A stretch of 64,000 nucleotides of DNA from an uncultured Bacilli bacterium. GTDB lineage: Bacteria; Bacillota_I; Bacilli_A; RF39; UBA660. Below are positions 27,078-36,053 of this stretch, in pieces; within the stretch, counting starts at the first letter, position 1; each line of letters begins with the position of its first letter. The DNA is taken from NCBI GenBank assembly GCA_934157235.1, contig CAKPHH010000006.1:9861-73860 (forward strand), in the 5' to 3' direction. The notes beneath the pieces were generated by a model. It searched no databases. It was not told the DNA's origin and saw nothing but the letters and a program-made list of their open reading frames with translations. Position numbers and translations under genes: made by a program.

Positions 27078-28326
27078 AGGCGGTTACTTGTGTTCCATCT
27101 TGTAAAACCACAATAAATGTTGTTTCACCAGTAAGTGCATTTTTGTTTACGTTTGGATTGGTTCCTGAACATAAACGAGTTCCATCGCTATACCTTATTT
27201 CATTGACTGTTATTTGAGTTCCATTTTCATATACTGTTAATATTCTGGCTGGTGAATAGTCATCAACTATAGATATTTTTATTGTATATGATTTTTGATT
27301 CCATGTGGCAACAAGAGTTATGTTACCAGTTACAATTGAATTAAAATTATAGGCATTTCCATTTAGAGTCCAACCGGCAAAGGTATAACCTGTTCTTGTT
27401 GGGGCTGCTGGTTGTGTTACTTTATTTCCTTCTTCTACAATTTGATTTGCTACAGCAGTTCCACCATTGGAATTAAAAATTATCGTATATTTAGCCTTTT
27501 CTTTTTCGTTCCATTTTGCAACTAAAGTTATATTACTTTTGACTTGTGTATCAAAATTGTAGATATTTCCGTTTAGGGTCCACCCAACAAAAATATAACC
27601 ATTTCTAGTAGGATTTGCTGGTTTTGTGGCCTTACCATTTTCTTCAATTACTTGTTTTGAAACAGCACTACCACCATTTGAATTAAAAGTTACAGTATAT
27701 TTTTTTACTGATGGTTTATTATTGTTACTGCTTGAAGTATTGTTGTTATTGTTGTTACTTGATGAGTTTTGATTATTATTAGGTTGATTATTGTTATTCT
27801 GTTCTTTTTCAGGTTCCTTTTCCCATTTTGCCTTAAGTTCAATATTCTTATCAATTACTGTTTCAAAATCAAAAGTTTTACCATCTAATAACCAACCCTT
27901 AAATATATAACCTTCCTTAGTTGGATCTTTTGGTTTTGTAAGCTTGTTTCCTTTTTCAATAATTTGATTTGCTATTGTACTACCAGTATCAGTATCAAAT
28001 TTTACAACAAAAGTTTCAACATCTGCTTCAATTTTAGACCATTTGGCAGTTAAGACTAAATCTGAATTTACTTCTTTGCTAAAATCATAAGTTTTATTTT
28101 GATAAAGCCAGTCAACAAATAAGTAGCCATCCTTAATTGGGTCTTTAGGTTTAGTTGCTTGTTCTCCTTTATTGATTATTTGTGTCTCTATAGGTGTTCC
28201 TCCATCCGTTTCAAATGACACATTATAAGTTATTGTTTTTTTATTGCCTGTTAATAATAAGATAATACCTACTGCTATTATGACAGCAGATAAAATAAGA
28301 ATTATTAACAATTTCTTTTTATTCAT
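27067..28326 (-). CDS. membrane-anchored protein with four Listeria-Bacteroides (Flg_new) repeats and an N/S-rich linker
   Basis: GYLFVDW, GYIFKGW, GYIFVGWTLNG and GYTFAGWTLNG units each end in AKW/ATW. There is an N-terminal TM helix, and the 3' end overlaps the start of the downstream (dockerin-like) gene by 11 bp. Confidence 0.75.
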   Translation of the reverse strand: MNKKKLLIILILSAVIIAVGIILLLTGNKKTITYNVSFETDGGTPIETQIINKGEQATKPKDPIKDGYLFVDWLYQNKTYDFSKEVNSDLVLTAKWSKIEADVETFVVKFDTDTGSTIANQIIEKGNKLTKPKDPTKEGYIFKGWLLDGKTFDFETVIDKNIELKAKWEKEPEKEQNNNNQPNNNQNSSSNNNNNNTSSSNNNKPSVKKYTVTFNSNGGSAVSKQVIEENGKATKPANPTRNGYIFVGWTLNGNIYNFDTQVKSNITLVAKWNEKEKAKYTIIFNSNGGTAVANQIVEEGNKVTQPAAPTRTGYTFAGWTLNGNAYNFNSIVTGNITLVATWNQKSYTIKISIVDDYSPARILTVYENGTQITVNEIRYSDGTRLCSGTNPNVNKNALTGETTFIVVLQDGTQVTAYVV

Positions 28327-28538
28327 TTTTCTCCTCCTTTTTATTTTATTAAAAGGTAAATATAGCTTACTTCTTAATTATTTATGATATGAATTAAGTT
28401 GTTTTTTCAAGTATACTTCCCAATGGCATTATAACATAATTTTTACAAAATGACACTATTTGTAGAACTTTTTTATATTATATGTATATAAATAAAATCT
28501 ATTATAAATGACAAAATATATATAGGTGGTGATATTAA

Positions 28539-28829
28539 ATGAAGTTTAGTCCGGCAGATGATCGATATATATATGAAGTGGTAAGTAAAAATATTAAATA
28601 CTATAGGTTACACAATAATAGTAAATTTAGTAAATATGGGAAGATGACTCAAGAGAAATTGGCTGAGTGTTGTGATTTAAGTCATAGTTTAATTAGCAAT
28701 ATAGAATCATCAAGGGTTCAGCAGTCATTTAGTTTAGCCGTTCTTTATAGGATTTCTAAAGTCTTGGAAATTGACATTGGAAAGCTTTTTGAGGAAAGAG
28801 ATGAAAACGGACAATTAAGTAGTTCATAA
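28539..28829 (+). CDS. small XRE-like HTH regulator
   Basis: 96-aa ORF. QEKLAECCDLSHSLISNIESSR resembles an XRE HTH. It is divergent from the Flg_new gene pair. Confidence 0.45.
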   Translation: MKFSPADDRYIYEVVSKNIKYYRLHNNSKFSKYGKMTQEKLAECCDLSHSLISNIESSRVQQSFSLAVLYRISKVLEIDIGKLFEERDENGQLSSS

Positions 28830-28944
28830 ACATACTGACTAACAACTTTTTAGAAAAATTTATATTCCAACTTTTAGTATGATGGTTGTCTTTTAAGGTC
28901 TTTTCTATTATGTGTATATTAAAAAAGTCTTTATTTAGGCAATA

Positions 28945-29026
28945 TGCATTAAAGTAAATAGTGAAAGTCAGTATTATTGGTATAGTAGTGAATTAAGTAA
29001 CTAGTATATAAAAGAAAAAAGAGAAA
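28945..29026. repeat. direct repeat copy B (orphan duplicate of the gene 3' end), followed by a GAGAAAAT-tag-ATTTTCTC terminator hairpin
   Basis: Same sequence as 25224-25305 with 4-5 mismatches. This copy is not attached to an intact ORF. Confidence 0.8.
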
Positions 29027-29036
29027 ATTAGATTTT

Positions 29037-29434
29037 CTCCTTTTGTTTGGAATATTAATTTATAGCTTTTCCATTTACATATAATTTATAACCATTAAAA
29101 TCAATATTAGAATAACTTTCATCGGCATCTTCTAAACTTGTTACATAGGAGTCTCCTGTTAATTTTATTTTAGAGGCTTTATCTAAAGTTACTTTTATTG
29201 ACTTGGCTGTATTATCTGTATTTATGGTGCCTTCATAAATTGATTTATTCTTTAGATTTATTTCTAGCGTCGAGATGAATCAACTACAATATTTCCTTTT
29301 ACTTGTTGATTTTTCATATCAAGAGTTACTTCTCCACCATCTACACAGATATTAACAGTATATTTTTCTTTTACTAGGTGATCTTTTATAATATCAGCTA
29401 AATTGTATTCATCTTCAACAATTAATATTTTCAT
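29037..29434 (-). pseudogene. truncated OmpR-type response regulator receiver fragment joined out of frame to the 3' remnant of another gene
   Basis: Translation from ATG 29432-29434 gives MKILIVEDEYNLADIIKDHLVKEKYTVNICVDGGEVTLDMKNQQVKGNIVVD then a stop after 56 aa, which is a receiver N-terminus. A different frame continues as STLEINLKNKS...NGKAIN to the stop at 29037. Confidence 0.4.
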
Positions 29435-29531
29435 ATTATCATCCCTCAATATAATTGTAGTTACATTTATTAAATAAGAATTAAATATATTATAACATAA
29501 GTTAGAAAAATAAAAGAAATAGTTGATTAGA

Positions 29532-30479
29532 CTATTTCTTAGTAACTCTTTTTTTAATACTTTGAGCAAAGTATTGATAGACTTCTTTTCTTTGTTTTTT
29601 ATCAGGCATGTAATTTAAGTAAAGATTTGGATCTAAAAGCTCTACTTCCATTATTTCATAATTTGATTCATTTTTAATTATGTCAATACGCATAAATAAA
29701 TAATCTTTATAATTAGATATCTCATGAGTATTGGTAGCAAGAGAAAGAACTTCTTTAGGAATGTCTTCTTCTTTAATGTATTTTACAGAGTTACTATTCA
29801 TAAAGACATCATTATATTTTAAAACTACATTTACGAGCTTGTTATCAATATAAATTAGGGAGTATTCTCCTTTATCAATATCTTTTATATAGGGTTGAAC
29901 TAGTATTTTCTCATGTTTAAATTTAGGGAGACATTCTTCTAACTCTTTTTTACTTGATACTTTATAAGTATTATAACCACTTTCGGAAATGGCTGGTTTT
30001 AGGACGATTGTTTGATATTTCTTTAGAAAGCCTTCTATTTTATTTAGAGATGTTTCATCATTCATGATAAATAAAGTGTCAATATGTTTAATATTATGTT
30101 TATCTAGAATGGTAAATTGTTTTTCTTTATCAAAATTATCTTTTATTATATTCAAAGGGTTTAAAACAGTTATTTTATTCTTTTCTAAATAGTCTAGCCA
30201 GTTATTCCAAGTAGATAATTTTTTATGAAAGCCCCACGTTGATTTAATTAGAATTGTTTCATCAGTTAGAGAAGATAAGTCTTCCCAAGGCATTATTTTA
30301 GCATTAATACCTTCTTTATTTAGGGCATCTTTTAGGAAGAAATCTTCCCTTAACTTATTGGACCAAGTGCTAGAGGAGGCAATTATTACATTGTTTTTTA
30401 ATTTACCTTTATGAAAGAAAACATAGATAGAGTTTATTAATTTTAGTAAGTGAAATTTTAAACTTCTTAGTTTTTTCAT
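29532..30479 (-). CDS. ATP-grasp family protein (RimK/D-Ala-D-Ala ligase-like)
   Basis: 315-aa ORF with VLKPAISESGYNTYKV and ILVQPYIKD motifs resembling ATP-grasp nucleotide-binding elements. It overlaps the upstream gene by 4 bp. Confidence 0.55.
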   Translation of the reverse strand: MKKLRSLKFHLLKLINSIYVFFHKGKLKNNVIIASSSTWSNKLREDFFLKDALNKEGINAKIMPWEDLSSLTDETILIKSTWGFHKKLSTWNNWLDYLEKNKITVLNPLNIIKDNFDKEKQFTILDKHNIKHIDTLFIMNDETSLNKIEGFLKKYQTIVLKPAISESGYNTYKVSSKKELEECLPKFKHEKILVQPYIKDIDKGEYSLIYIDNKLVNVVLKYNDVFMNSNSVKYIKEEDIPKEVLSLATNTHEISNYKDYLFMRIDIIKNESNYEIMEVELLDPNLYLNYMPDKKQRKEVYQYFAQSIKKRVTKK

Positions 30480-32101
30480 TGTAATTCTCTCACCGCCTTA
30501 TTAATTAAATATAAATTATGAATTAAATCTTTCTTATCGATAGCAAAGTTTATTCTAGCAACTATTTCATCTTCGTTAGGCCAAGAGAAACTTAGACCAA
30601 TTAAAAAGTTGATTTTTGTTTTTAGATAAATATATTTTACTAAATCTTCATCATTGTTTATAACCATATCTTTATATTTTTTACCTTTTAATTCAGTAAA
30701 GTCTCCAACGATAAAGAAACCTGCCTCTGGATAAGTATGAGCTCTTATTTTTAAGCCCGGAGTACCGGCAGTAATTAATTTTATTTTGGCTGGATCATTT
30801 GTGTATTTTTTGATGTCTTTCATTATTTTTTTGCGGTTACTAGAACATTTTTCATAATCTATTCCGTATATTAAGGCTTCAATTAGATTCAATTGATAAT
30901 GATACTTCTTCATTAGAGTTTTAAAATATTTCTTAGCTTTTTTATAACGTCTAGTTGTACCATTAAAAGCTCCGGCTAGAGCAGCAGATTGAATTTGAGA
31001 AAAACCATCTACTTCATGAGATAATTGAGCAGATAAATCATTACAGATTGGAATAGGGGCAATGATCGCTCCAGCTCTTACTTGAGCTAGACCATATGAT
31101 TTAGATAGACCAATTAAAGTAATTGTATTATTAAAGTATTTAGGAATACTTGCTAAAAAGAAAGCTTTATCTTCTTGATCAAAGCCAATATCACGATAAA
31201 TTAAATCATCTATTATGAAGACACCTTTTTCTAGGCAGATATCACCAAGTTCTTCTAGGAGATCCTTCTTTTTACGATTTAAGACTTTACCTAGTGGATT
31301 ATGAGGATTCATATTTAAAAAAGCAACAACGTGTGGAATATAATCATCTTTAGCATGTTCTTTTTTTAATTGGGCATTTATTTCATCAATTCTTTTTCCT
31401 AATAATTTAGGATTAATATAGAAGTCATCTTCTTCTCGTAAAGGTACTACTTCAAGGCGAGCATTATCTATTTCAGTAAAGGAAGCAAAGATACCATAGT
31501 TTGGACCAGTCATTAGAATTACATCACCAGGTCTAGCAATAGCATTTACAATCATGTTGTAGGCATGAGAAGTAGAATATGTAAATACAATATTTTCAAT
31601 ACCTAGACCATCATAATTAGCGGTTTTATTGATTTGGAAGCCTTCCTTTTCAAGATAATTAACAACACTAGCACGACAAGTTGATTCTCCTTGAACAGAA
31701 GTTGGATATATATATAAATGACGACTAAAGATTGACTTTAACATATATTCACGGCATAAAGGAAATGGTTTATGTCTAATTGGGTTGCCATTACGTACTG
31801 AGAACCATTCATTGATTGGAGGAATATCCTTATCATTGTACTCTTCTATGTCACGATATAAAAGATTATAAGCTTTATCAATCTTTTTTATTTCTGGATA
31901 AAACTCTTTATTATCTTTTCTTTTACCTAGACTTCTAAATGAAGATAAGTTCTCAGGATCTTTTTTAGCAAAGTCTTTTAAAGCTTTAGAAAAGTTCTTT
32001 TCATCAAAAGTTGAATGAACCATAGTGTTTTCATAATGAAGAATGCCATGTAGTTTTCTTTTAATAGTTTTTTTATCTAATGCCATGTTGTTATTACCCA
32101 C
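30476..32101 (-). CDS. PLP-dependent aminotransferase class I/II with ~150-aa N-terminal extension
   Basis: NPHNPLG, GLSKSYGLAQVRAG (PLP-lysine motif) and FIIDDLIY are typical of fold-type I aminotransferases. Confidence 0.75.
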   Translation of the reverse strand: MGNNNMALDKKTIKRKLHGILHYENTMVHSTFDEKNFSKALKDFAKKDPENLSSFRSLGKRKDNKEFYPEIKKIDKAYNLLYRDIEEYNDKDIPPINEWFSVRNGNPIRHKPFPLCREYMLKSIFSRHLYIYPTSVQGESTCRASVVNYLEKEGFQINKTANYDGLGIENIVFTYSTSHAYNMIVNAIARPGDVILMTGPNYGIFASFTEIDNARLEVVPLREEDDFYINPKLLGKRIDEINAQLKKEHAKDDYIPHVVAFLNMNPHNPLGKVLNRKKKDLLEELGDICLEKGVFIIDDLIYRDIGFDQEDKAFFLASIPKYFNNTITLIGLSKSYGLAQVRAGAIIAPIPICNDLSAQLSHEVDGFSQIQSAALAGAFNGTTRRYKKAKKYFKTLMKKYHYQLNLIEALIYGIDYEKCSSNRKKIMKDIKKYTNDPAKIKLITAGTPGLKIRAHTYPEAGFFIVGDFTELKGKKYKDMVINNDEDLVKYIYLKTKINFLIGLSFSWPNEDEIVARINFAIDKKDLIHNLYLINKAVRELQ

Positions 32102-32248
32102 CTTTTTTATATATTATAATTACCATTATGCTTATATTTTATAATAATTATAGGGTTTTTACAATACTTTGTCTTACTTTGGTAATAGGAAAAAGAACCT
32201 TATTTGGTTTCTTGCCCAAACGTTTTTTTAATAAAAACATAATTTATA

Positions 32249-33061
32249 ATGGTGAGTATAATGTTTAATATTTTTTCAGAGCTTTCTCCAGTTTTTCAAG
32301 CAATGATTGCTGCTATATTTACTTGGAGTGTGACAATGCTTGGTGCGGCTATAGTTTTCTTTTTTAAAGAAGTTAAAAAAAGTATTATGGATGCGTTGTT
32401 GGGATTTTCGGCTGGTGTTATGATTTCGGCATCTTTTTGGTCTTTACTTAATCCTTCAATAGAGATGGCTGATAATTTGGGAATGAATTCTTGGCTAGTA
32501 GCATTTGTAGGTTTTTTAGCTGGTGGATTACTGCTATTTATCGGAGATAAAGTATTTAATTACTTTTCCCCTAAAAGCAATAATTCTAATAATGACAAAT
32601 TAAAAAGAAGTTTAATGTTGATATTTTCAATAACACTTCATAATATTCCAGAGGGTTTGGTTATAGGTGTGGCATTTGGTTCTTTAGCTTATGGAATTGA
32701 AGGAGCTACTTTAGCTTCGGCCATTACTTTGGCAATTGGAATTGGACTTCAAAACTTTCCTGAGGGAAGTGCAATTAGTTTACCTTTGCGAAGGGATGGT
32801 ATGAGTAGAAAAAAAGCTTTTTTTATAGGACAGTTAAGTGGTATAGTAGAACCTATTTCGGCTGTTATTGGAGCTTTCTTAGTACTTAAAATTCAAACTT
32901 TATTACCATTTTTATTAGCATTTGCTGCTGGAGCAATGATTTATGTGGTAGTTGAAGAGTTAATTCCAGAAAGTCAGTCTAATGCGAGAAAAGACTTAAT
33001 GGCCTTATTTACTTTAATTGGTTTTTCAATAATGATGATTTTAGATGTAGCATTAGGATAA
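32249..33061 (+). CDS. ZIP family metal (zinc) transporter, ZupT/GufA-like
   Basis: HNIPEGLVIGVAF and QNFPEGSAISLPL motifs with multiple TM helices. Confidence 0.85.
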   Translation: MVSIMFNIFSELSPVFQAMIAAIFTWSVTMLGAAIVFFFKEVKKSIMDALLGFSAGVMISASFWSLLNPSIEMADNLGMNSWLVAFVGFLAGGLLLFIGDKVFNYFSPKSNNSNNDKLKRSLMLIFSITLHNIPEGLVIGVAFGSLAYGIEGATLASAITLAIGIGLQNFPEGSAISLPLRRDGMSRKKAFFIGQLSGIVEPISAVIGAFLVLKIQTLLPFLLAFAAGAMIYVVVEELIPESQSNARKDLMALFTLIGFSIMMILDVALG

Positions 33062-33062
33062 A

Positions 33063-33097
33063 ATAAAGACCATTTCAATTGATGAAATGGTCTTTTA
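33063..33097. terminator. bidirectional terminator
   Basis: AAAGACCATTTCAattgaTGAAATGGTCTTT perfect inverted repeat between convergent genes. Confidence 0.6.
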
Positions 33098-33742
33098 TTA
33101 TTTGATGTATACCTTTTGTCCAGCCTTTAGATAAATTCCATATAAATCACTTTTTGGACAAGTAAATATAGGTGTTAATTCTTCTGTTGTTGGTTTAGTT
33201 GGTTCTTTGCTTGGAGTTGTTGGTACTTCTTCTGTAATTCGTTTGAAATTATAATTATAATCATTAATTATGTTTACTGATTTGTCTAGCCAGAGACATT
33301 CTTCGGGCTTTTTAGGATTGTTAATTGAGTAATAACCTTGATTATTTTTATGCCATCCAGTACCAGTGAATTTACCTTTTCCACATTCTATATGGCAATG
33401 ATTTCCTGTTGCGAAGCCTTTGGTTCCTTCACTATAGAATTCTTCATTCTGTGCTATTTTTTTGCCTACAAATAAATCACTTACATCATTGGCATGGGCA
33501 AACATCATAGTTAGATAATCTTTAGTACCATCGGGATATTCTACTTTATCTATACTTTCTAGCCATACTTCATTGGCATCATCTGTGTATATCTTTTTTA
33601 TTATTCCGGTAAATGGGGCTCTTAGTTTGCTTATTTCTGTATCTTTGCCAGCATCATCTATGGCATAACTATCTGCATGTGTTCCTTCGCCATATCCTTG
33701 TGTTATACGCATGTTGTAACAAGGATATAGAGGTCTTTCCAT
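33098..33742 (-). CDS. M23 family metallopeptidase (lysostaphin/LytM-like) without signal peptide, Pro/Thr linker and C-terminal small domain
   Basis: GTHADSYAIDD (HxxxD) and GNHCHIE (HxH) motifs. No N-terminal signal sequence. Linker PTTPSKEPTKPTTEELTP. Confidence 0.6.
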   Translation of the reverse strand: MERPLYPCYNMRITQGYGEGTHADSYAIDDAGKDTEISKLRAPFTGIIKKIYTDDANEVWLESIDKVEYPDGTKDYLTMMFAHANDVSDLFVGKKIAQNEEFYSEGTKGFATGNHCHIECGKGKFTGTGWHKNNQGYYSINNPKKPEECLWLDKSVNIINDYNYNFKRITEEVPTTPSKEPTKPTTEELTPIFTCPKSDLYGIYLKAGQKVYIK

Positions 33743-34083
33743 TAGATTCCCTCCTCCTTATTAATTAAATTATCTTTTGATATATATAAACCTTTTTGTT
33801 TGGTTATATCTGTATACGATGACACTTTCCCTTCTAAAGTTTTGTAGATAGTGTCAGCTCCAAGGAAGGAAAACATTCCGATCCATAGACTGTTTGGAAA
33901 ATCAATGTTAGTAAATGTCATACAAAAGACTATTCCAACAAATATATTAACAAATAGTGAATATATTGCTAGATATTTACTACTATGGAAACAACATTTA
34001 GTTTTTTGAACAAAGGCACAAGTTATTGTGCTTAAGGCTACTGCTATTACTAAAGATTCTCTTAAATATTCTAATTTTAGCAT
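33742..34083 (-). CDS. holin-like small membrane protein (3 predicted TM helices)
   Basis: ATG at 34081-34083 with GGAGG 7 nt upstream. 113 aa with 3 hydrophobic helices and a charged C-terminus. The stop overlaps the M23 gene start by 1 bp. The track ORF 33742..34200 over-extends into rpsI. Confidence 0.45.
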   Translation of the reverse strand: MLKLEYLRESLVIAVALSTITCAFVQKTKCCFHSSKYLAIYSLFVNIFVGIVFCMTFTNIDFPNSLWIGMFSFLGADTIYKTLEGKVSSYTDITKQKGLYISKDNLINKEEGI

Positions 34084-34174
34084 TCTTACCTCCTCTATGG
34101 TATTATATGCTAAAGAAGAATTTTTGTCACAAAAAGAAAACCTTGGATATTGTCCAAGGTTTGAAACTGTATAA

Positions 34175-34600
34175 TTAACGTTTTGAGAATTGTGGTGCAC
34201 GACGTGCTTTCTTTAATCCTGGTTTCTTACGTTCTTTCTTACGAGGATCTCTTGTAATGAATCCTGCAGCTTTTAGAACTTTTCTATAGCTGTTTTCAGA
34301 ATCAGCTGGAGTAGTTTTATCATAATCTAATAAAGCTCTTGTAATTCCTAAACGGATTGCTCCTGTTTGTCCTTGGAATCCTCCACCTTTTACTTTAGCA
34401 TCTACATCGAACATTTCTCTAGTGTTTGTAATATCTAATGGTTGACATAAATCCATTACTAATACTTCGAAAGGTAAGTAGTCATGTACATCTTGACCAT
34501 TGATTGTAATTTTTCCTTTTCCTGGAGTTAATGTAACACGAGCTACACTTGTCTTTCTATGTCCAGTTCCAGTATAAATATTTTTCTTTTCTTTTGCCAT
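34175..34600 (-). CDS. rpsI: 30S ribosomal protein S9
   Basis: 141-aa ORF ending ...RRAPQFSKR, the typical S9 C-terminus. Confidence 0.9.
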   Translation of the reverse strand: MAKEKKNIYTGTGHRKTSVARVTLTPGKGKITINGQDVHDYLPFEVLVMDLCQPLDITNTREMFDVDAKVKGGGFQGQTGAIRLGITRALLDYDKTTPADSENSYRKVLKAAGFITRDPRKKERKKPGLKKARRAPQFSKR

Positions 34601-34616
34601 AAACCTAATCCCTTTC

Positions 34617-35048
34617 CTACTTAACTTCTAGCACTTCTGGTTTTTGTGCCATTTGTTTGTGCTCATTTCCTGCATAAACGAATAATTTCTTAGCCATTTC
34701 TCTACCTAATCTGTTATGTGGAAGCATTCCTTTTACAGCTCTTTCCATCATTTCAACTGGGTATTGTTCTCTCATGACTTTTGCAGTTCTTTCTCTTAAT
34801 CCACCAACATATTGTGAGTGATTATAATACATTTTGTTCTCTAACTTATTACCAGTTAAATTAACTTTTTCTGCATTAATAATAATTATGTTATCACCAC
34901 AATCAATATGTGGAGTATAAGTTGGTTTGTGTTTACCACGTAGATATGTAGCAGCTAATGAAGCAACTCTACCTAAAGATTTACCTTCAGCATCAATTAC
35001 ATACCATTTACGATTTACAGTTTCTTTTTTTTGCATATAACTTGTCAT
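34617..35048 (-). CDS. rplM: 50S ribosomal protein L13
   Basis: 143 aa, conserved L13 sequence ([17 protein letters not shown]...). Confidence 0.9.
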   Translation of the reverse strand: MTSYMQKKETVNRKWYVIDAEGKSLGRVASLAATYLRGKHKPTYTPHIDCGDNIIIINAEKVNLTGNKLENKMYYNHSQYVGGLRERTAKVMREQYPVEMMERAVKGMLPHNRLGREMAKKLFVYAGNEHKQMAQKPEVLEVK

Positions 35049-35334
35049 ATTTTTTCTCCTTTTACTTAAATCGAGTTTTCCCAGGACTCAATTTATGTGG
35101 GGATATTCGAATGTACCGATTATGATTATACTAAAAAAAGTATTAAAAATCAATACTTTTTTTGTTATTATAGTTCAATATTTATTGTGTTATTGTTTAT
35201 ATAAGAATTTTTATCCACAAAATTTAGTGATTTGAAAGAATTAATAAATATTTTATATGAAATAACTTCATTTTGTGGCAATCATAACATATCATTTGTA
35301 TATTTAATTAATATCAAAAAATAATGCTACCACT

Positions 35335-36042
35335 TTATTTTGCTGGCACTTTGGCCTCTTCTTTTTCAAAAAGTAAATCAATAAAGTCTGTTTTTACATC
35401 ACAATGTGCTTTGATTGCTTTTACATTATCATCGTTTAGATACCTTTCTGCTAAATATACCCTTTGTAGATTCTTCATACTTTGTAAAAATTCTAGATTT
35501 TCTCCTAAATCAGTTCCAAGCACAAATAAGGAACTACAATGAGCTTTATTTCCTAGGTAACTACAATTGTTTAGTATGCAATAGTTTAGGACTAATGTTT
35601 CTACACTTTCCGGGATGAGTTTACAATCGATTTCTCCCTCATCATATGGATTACTAAATTCTATTTTTTTCGCACTGTGATTTGAAGTAAGAATGCTGTC
35701 ATAGTCCTCTATTAGGCATCCTTGAAAACAAATTTCTGATATTGCGTTTTCTGGAATTGTAAGACCCTTTCCTATTAAACATCTTCTAAATGTTAGACTT
35801 TTACAATCTGTTCTAAATAGTTCATCAATATCTCTTTGGGATAATTCATAATTTTCAACAAAAATGTTGTTACCATCAGTTAAAGATTTTAAAACATCAA
35901 AATCACCATCGTGATCTTCTGAACAGCACTTAAAAGGATAGTTTTTTATTGTTTTTAACTCTTCATAACTAATATTTTCAATTTTCTTTCCCAATACATT
36001 TTCTAAATAATCCCTTAGCATACGATTTTTTATTTCTACCAT
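35335..36042 (-). CDS. putative immunity protein for the upstream LXG toxin (Cys-rich, LRR-like periodicity)
   Basis: 235-aa ORF 11 bp downstream of the toxin gene in the same orientation. No signal peptide. The call is from position only. Confidence 0.4.
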   Translation of the reverse strand: MVEIKNRMLRDYLENVLGKKIENISYEELKTIKNYPFKCCSEDHDGDFDVLKSLTDGNNIFVENYELSQRDIDELFRTDCKSLTFRRCLIGKGLTIPENAISEICFQGCLIEDYDSILTSNHSAKKIEFSNPYDEGEIDCKLIPESVETLVLNYCILNNCSYLGNKAHCSSLFVLGTDLGENLEFLQSMKNLQRVYLAERYLNDDNVKAIKAHCDVKTDFIDLLFEKEEAKVPAK

Positions 36043-36053
36043 ATTTTCTTCTC

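Noticed and set aside
33742-34200. Track ORF start at 34200 for the holin-like gene
   Set aside because: That start would overlap rpsI by 26 bp. An internal ATG at 34083 has a strong GGAGG RBS and yields a 113-aa holin-sized protein.
35049-35334. Possible L13 leader RNA / small ORF in the rplM upstream region
   Set aside because: Only a weak hairpin (AGTATT-loop-AATACT) was seen. I cannot confirm a conserved leader structure by eye, and the 35324..35542 plus ORF is antisense to the immunity-candidate gene.
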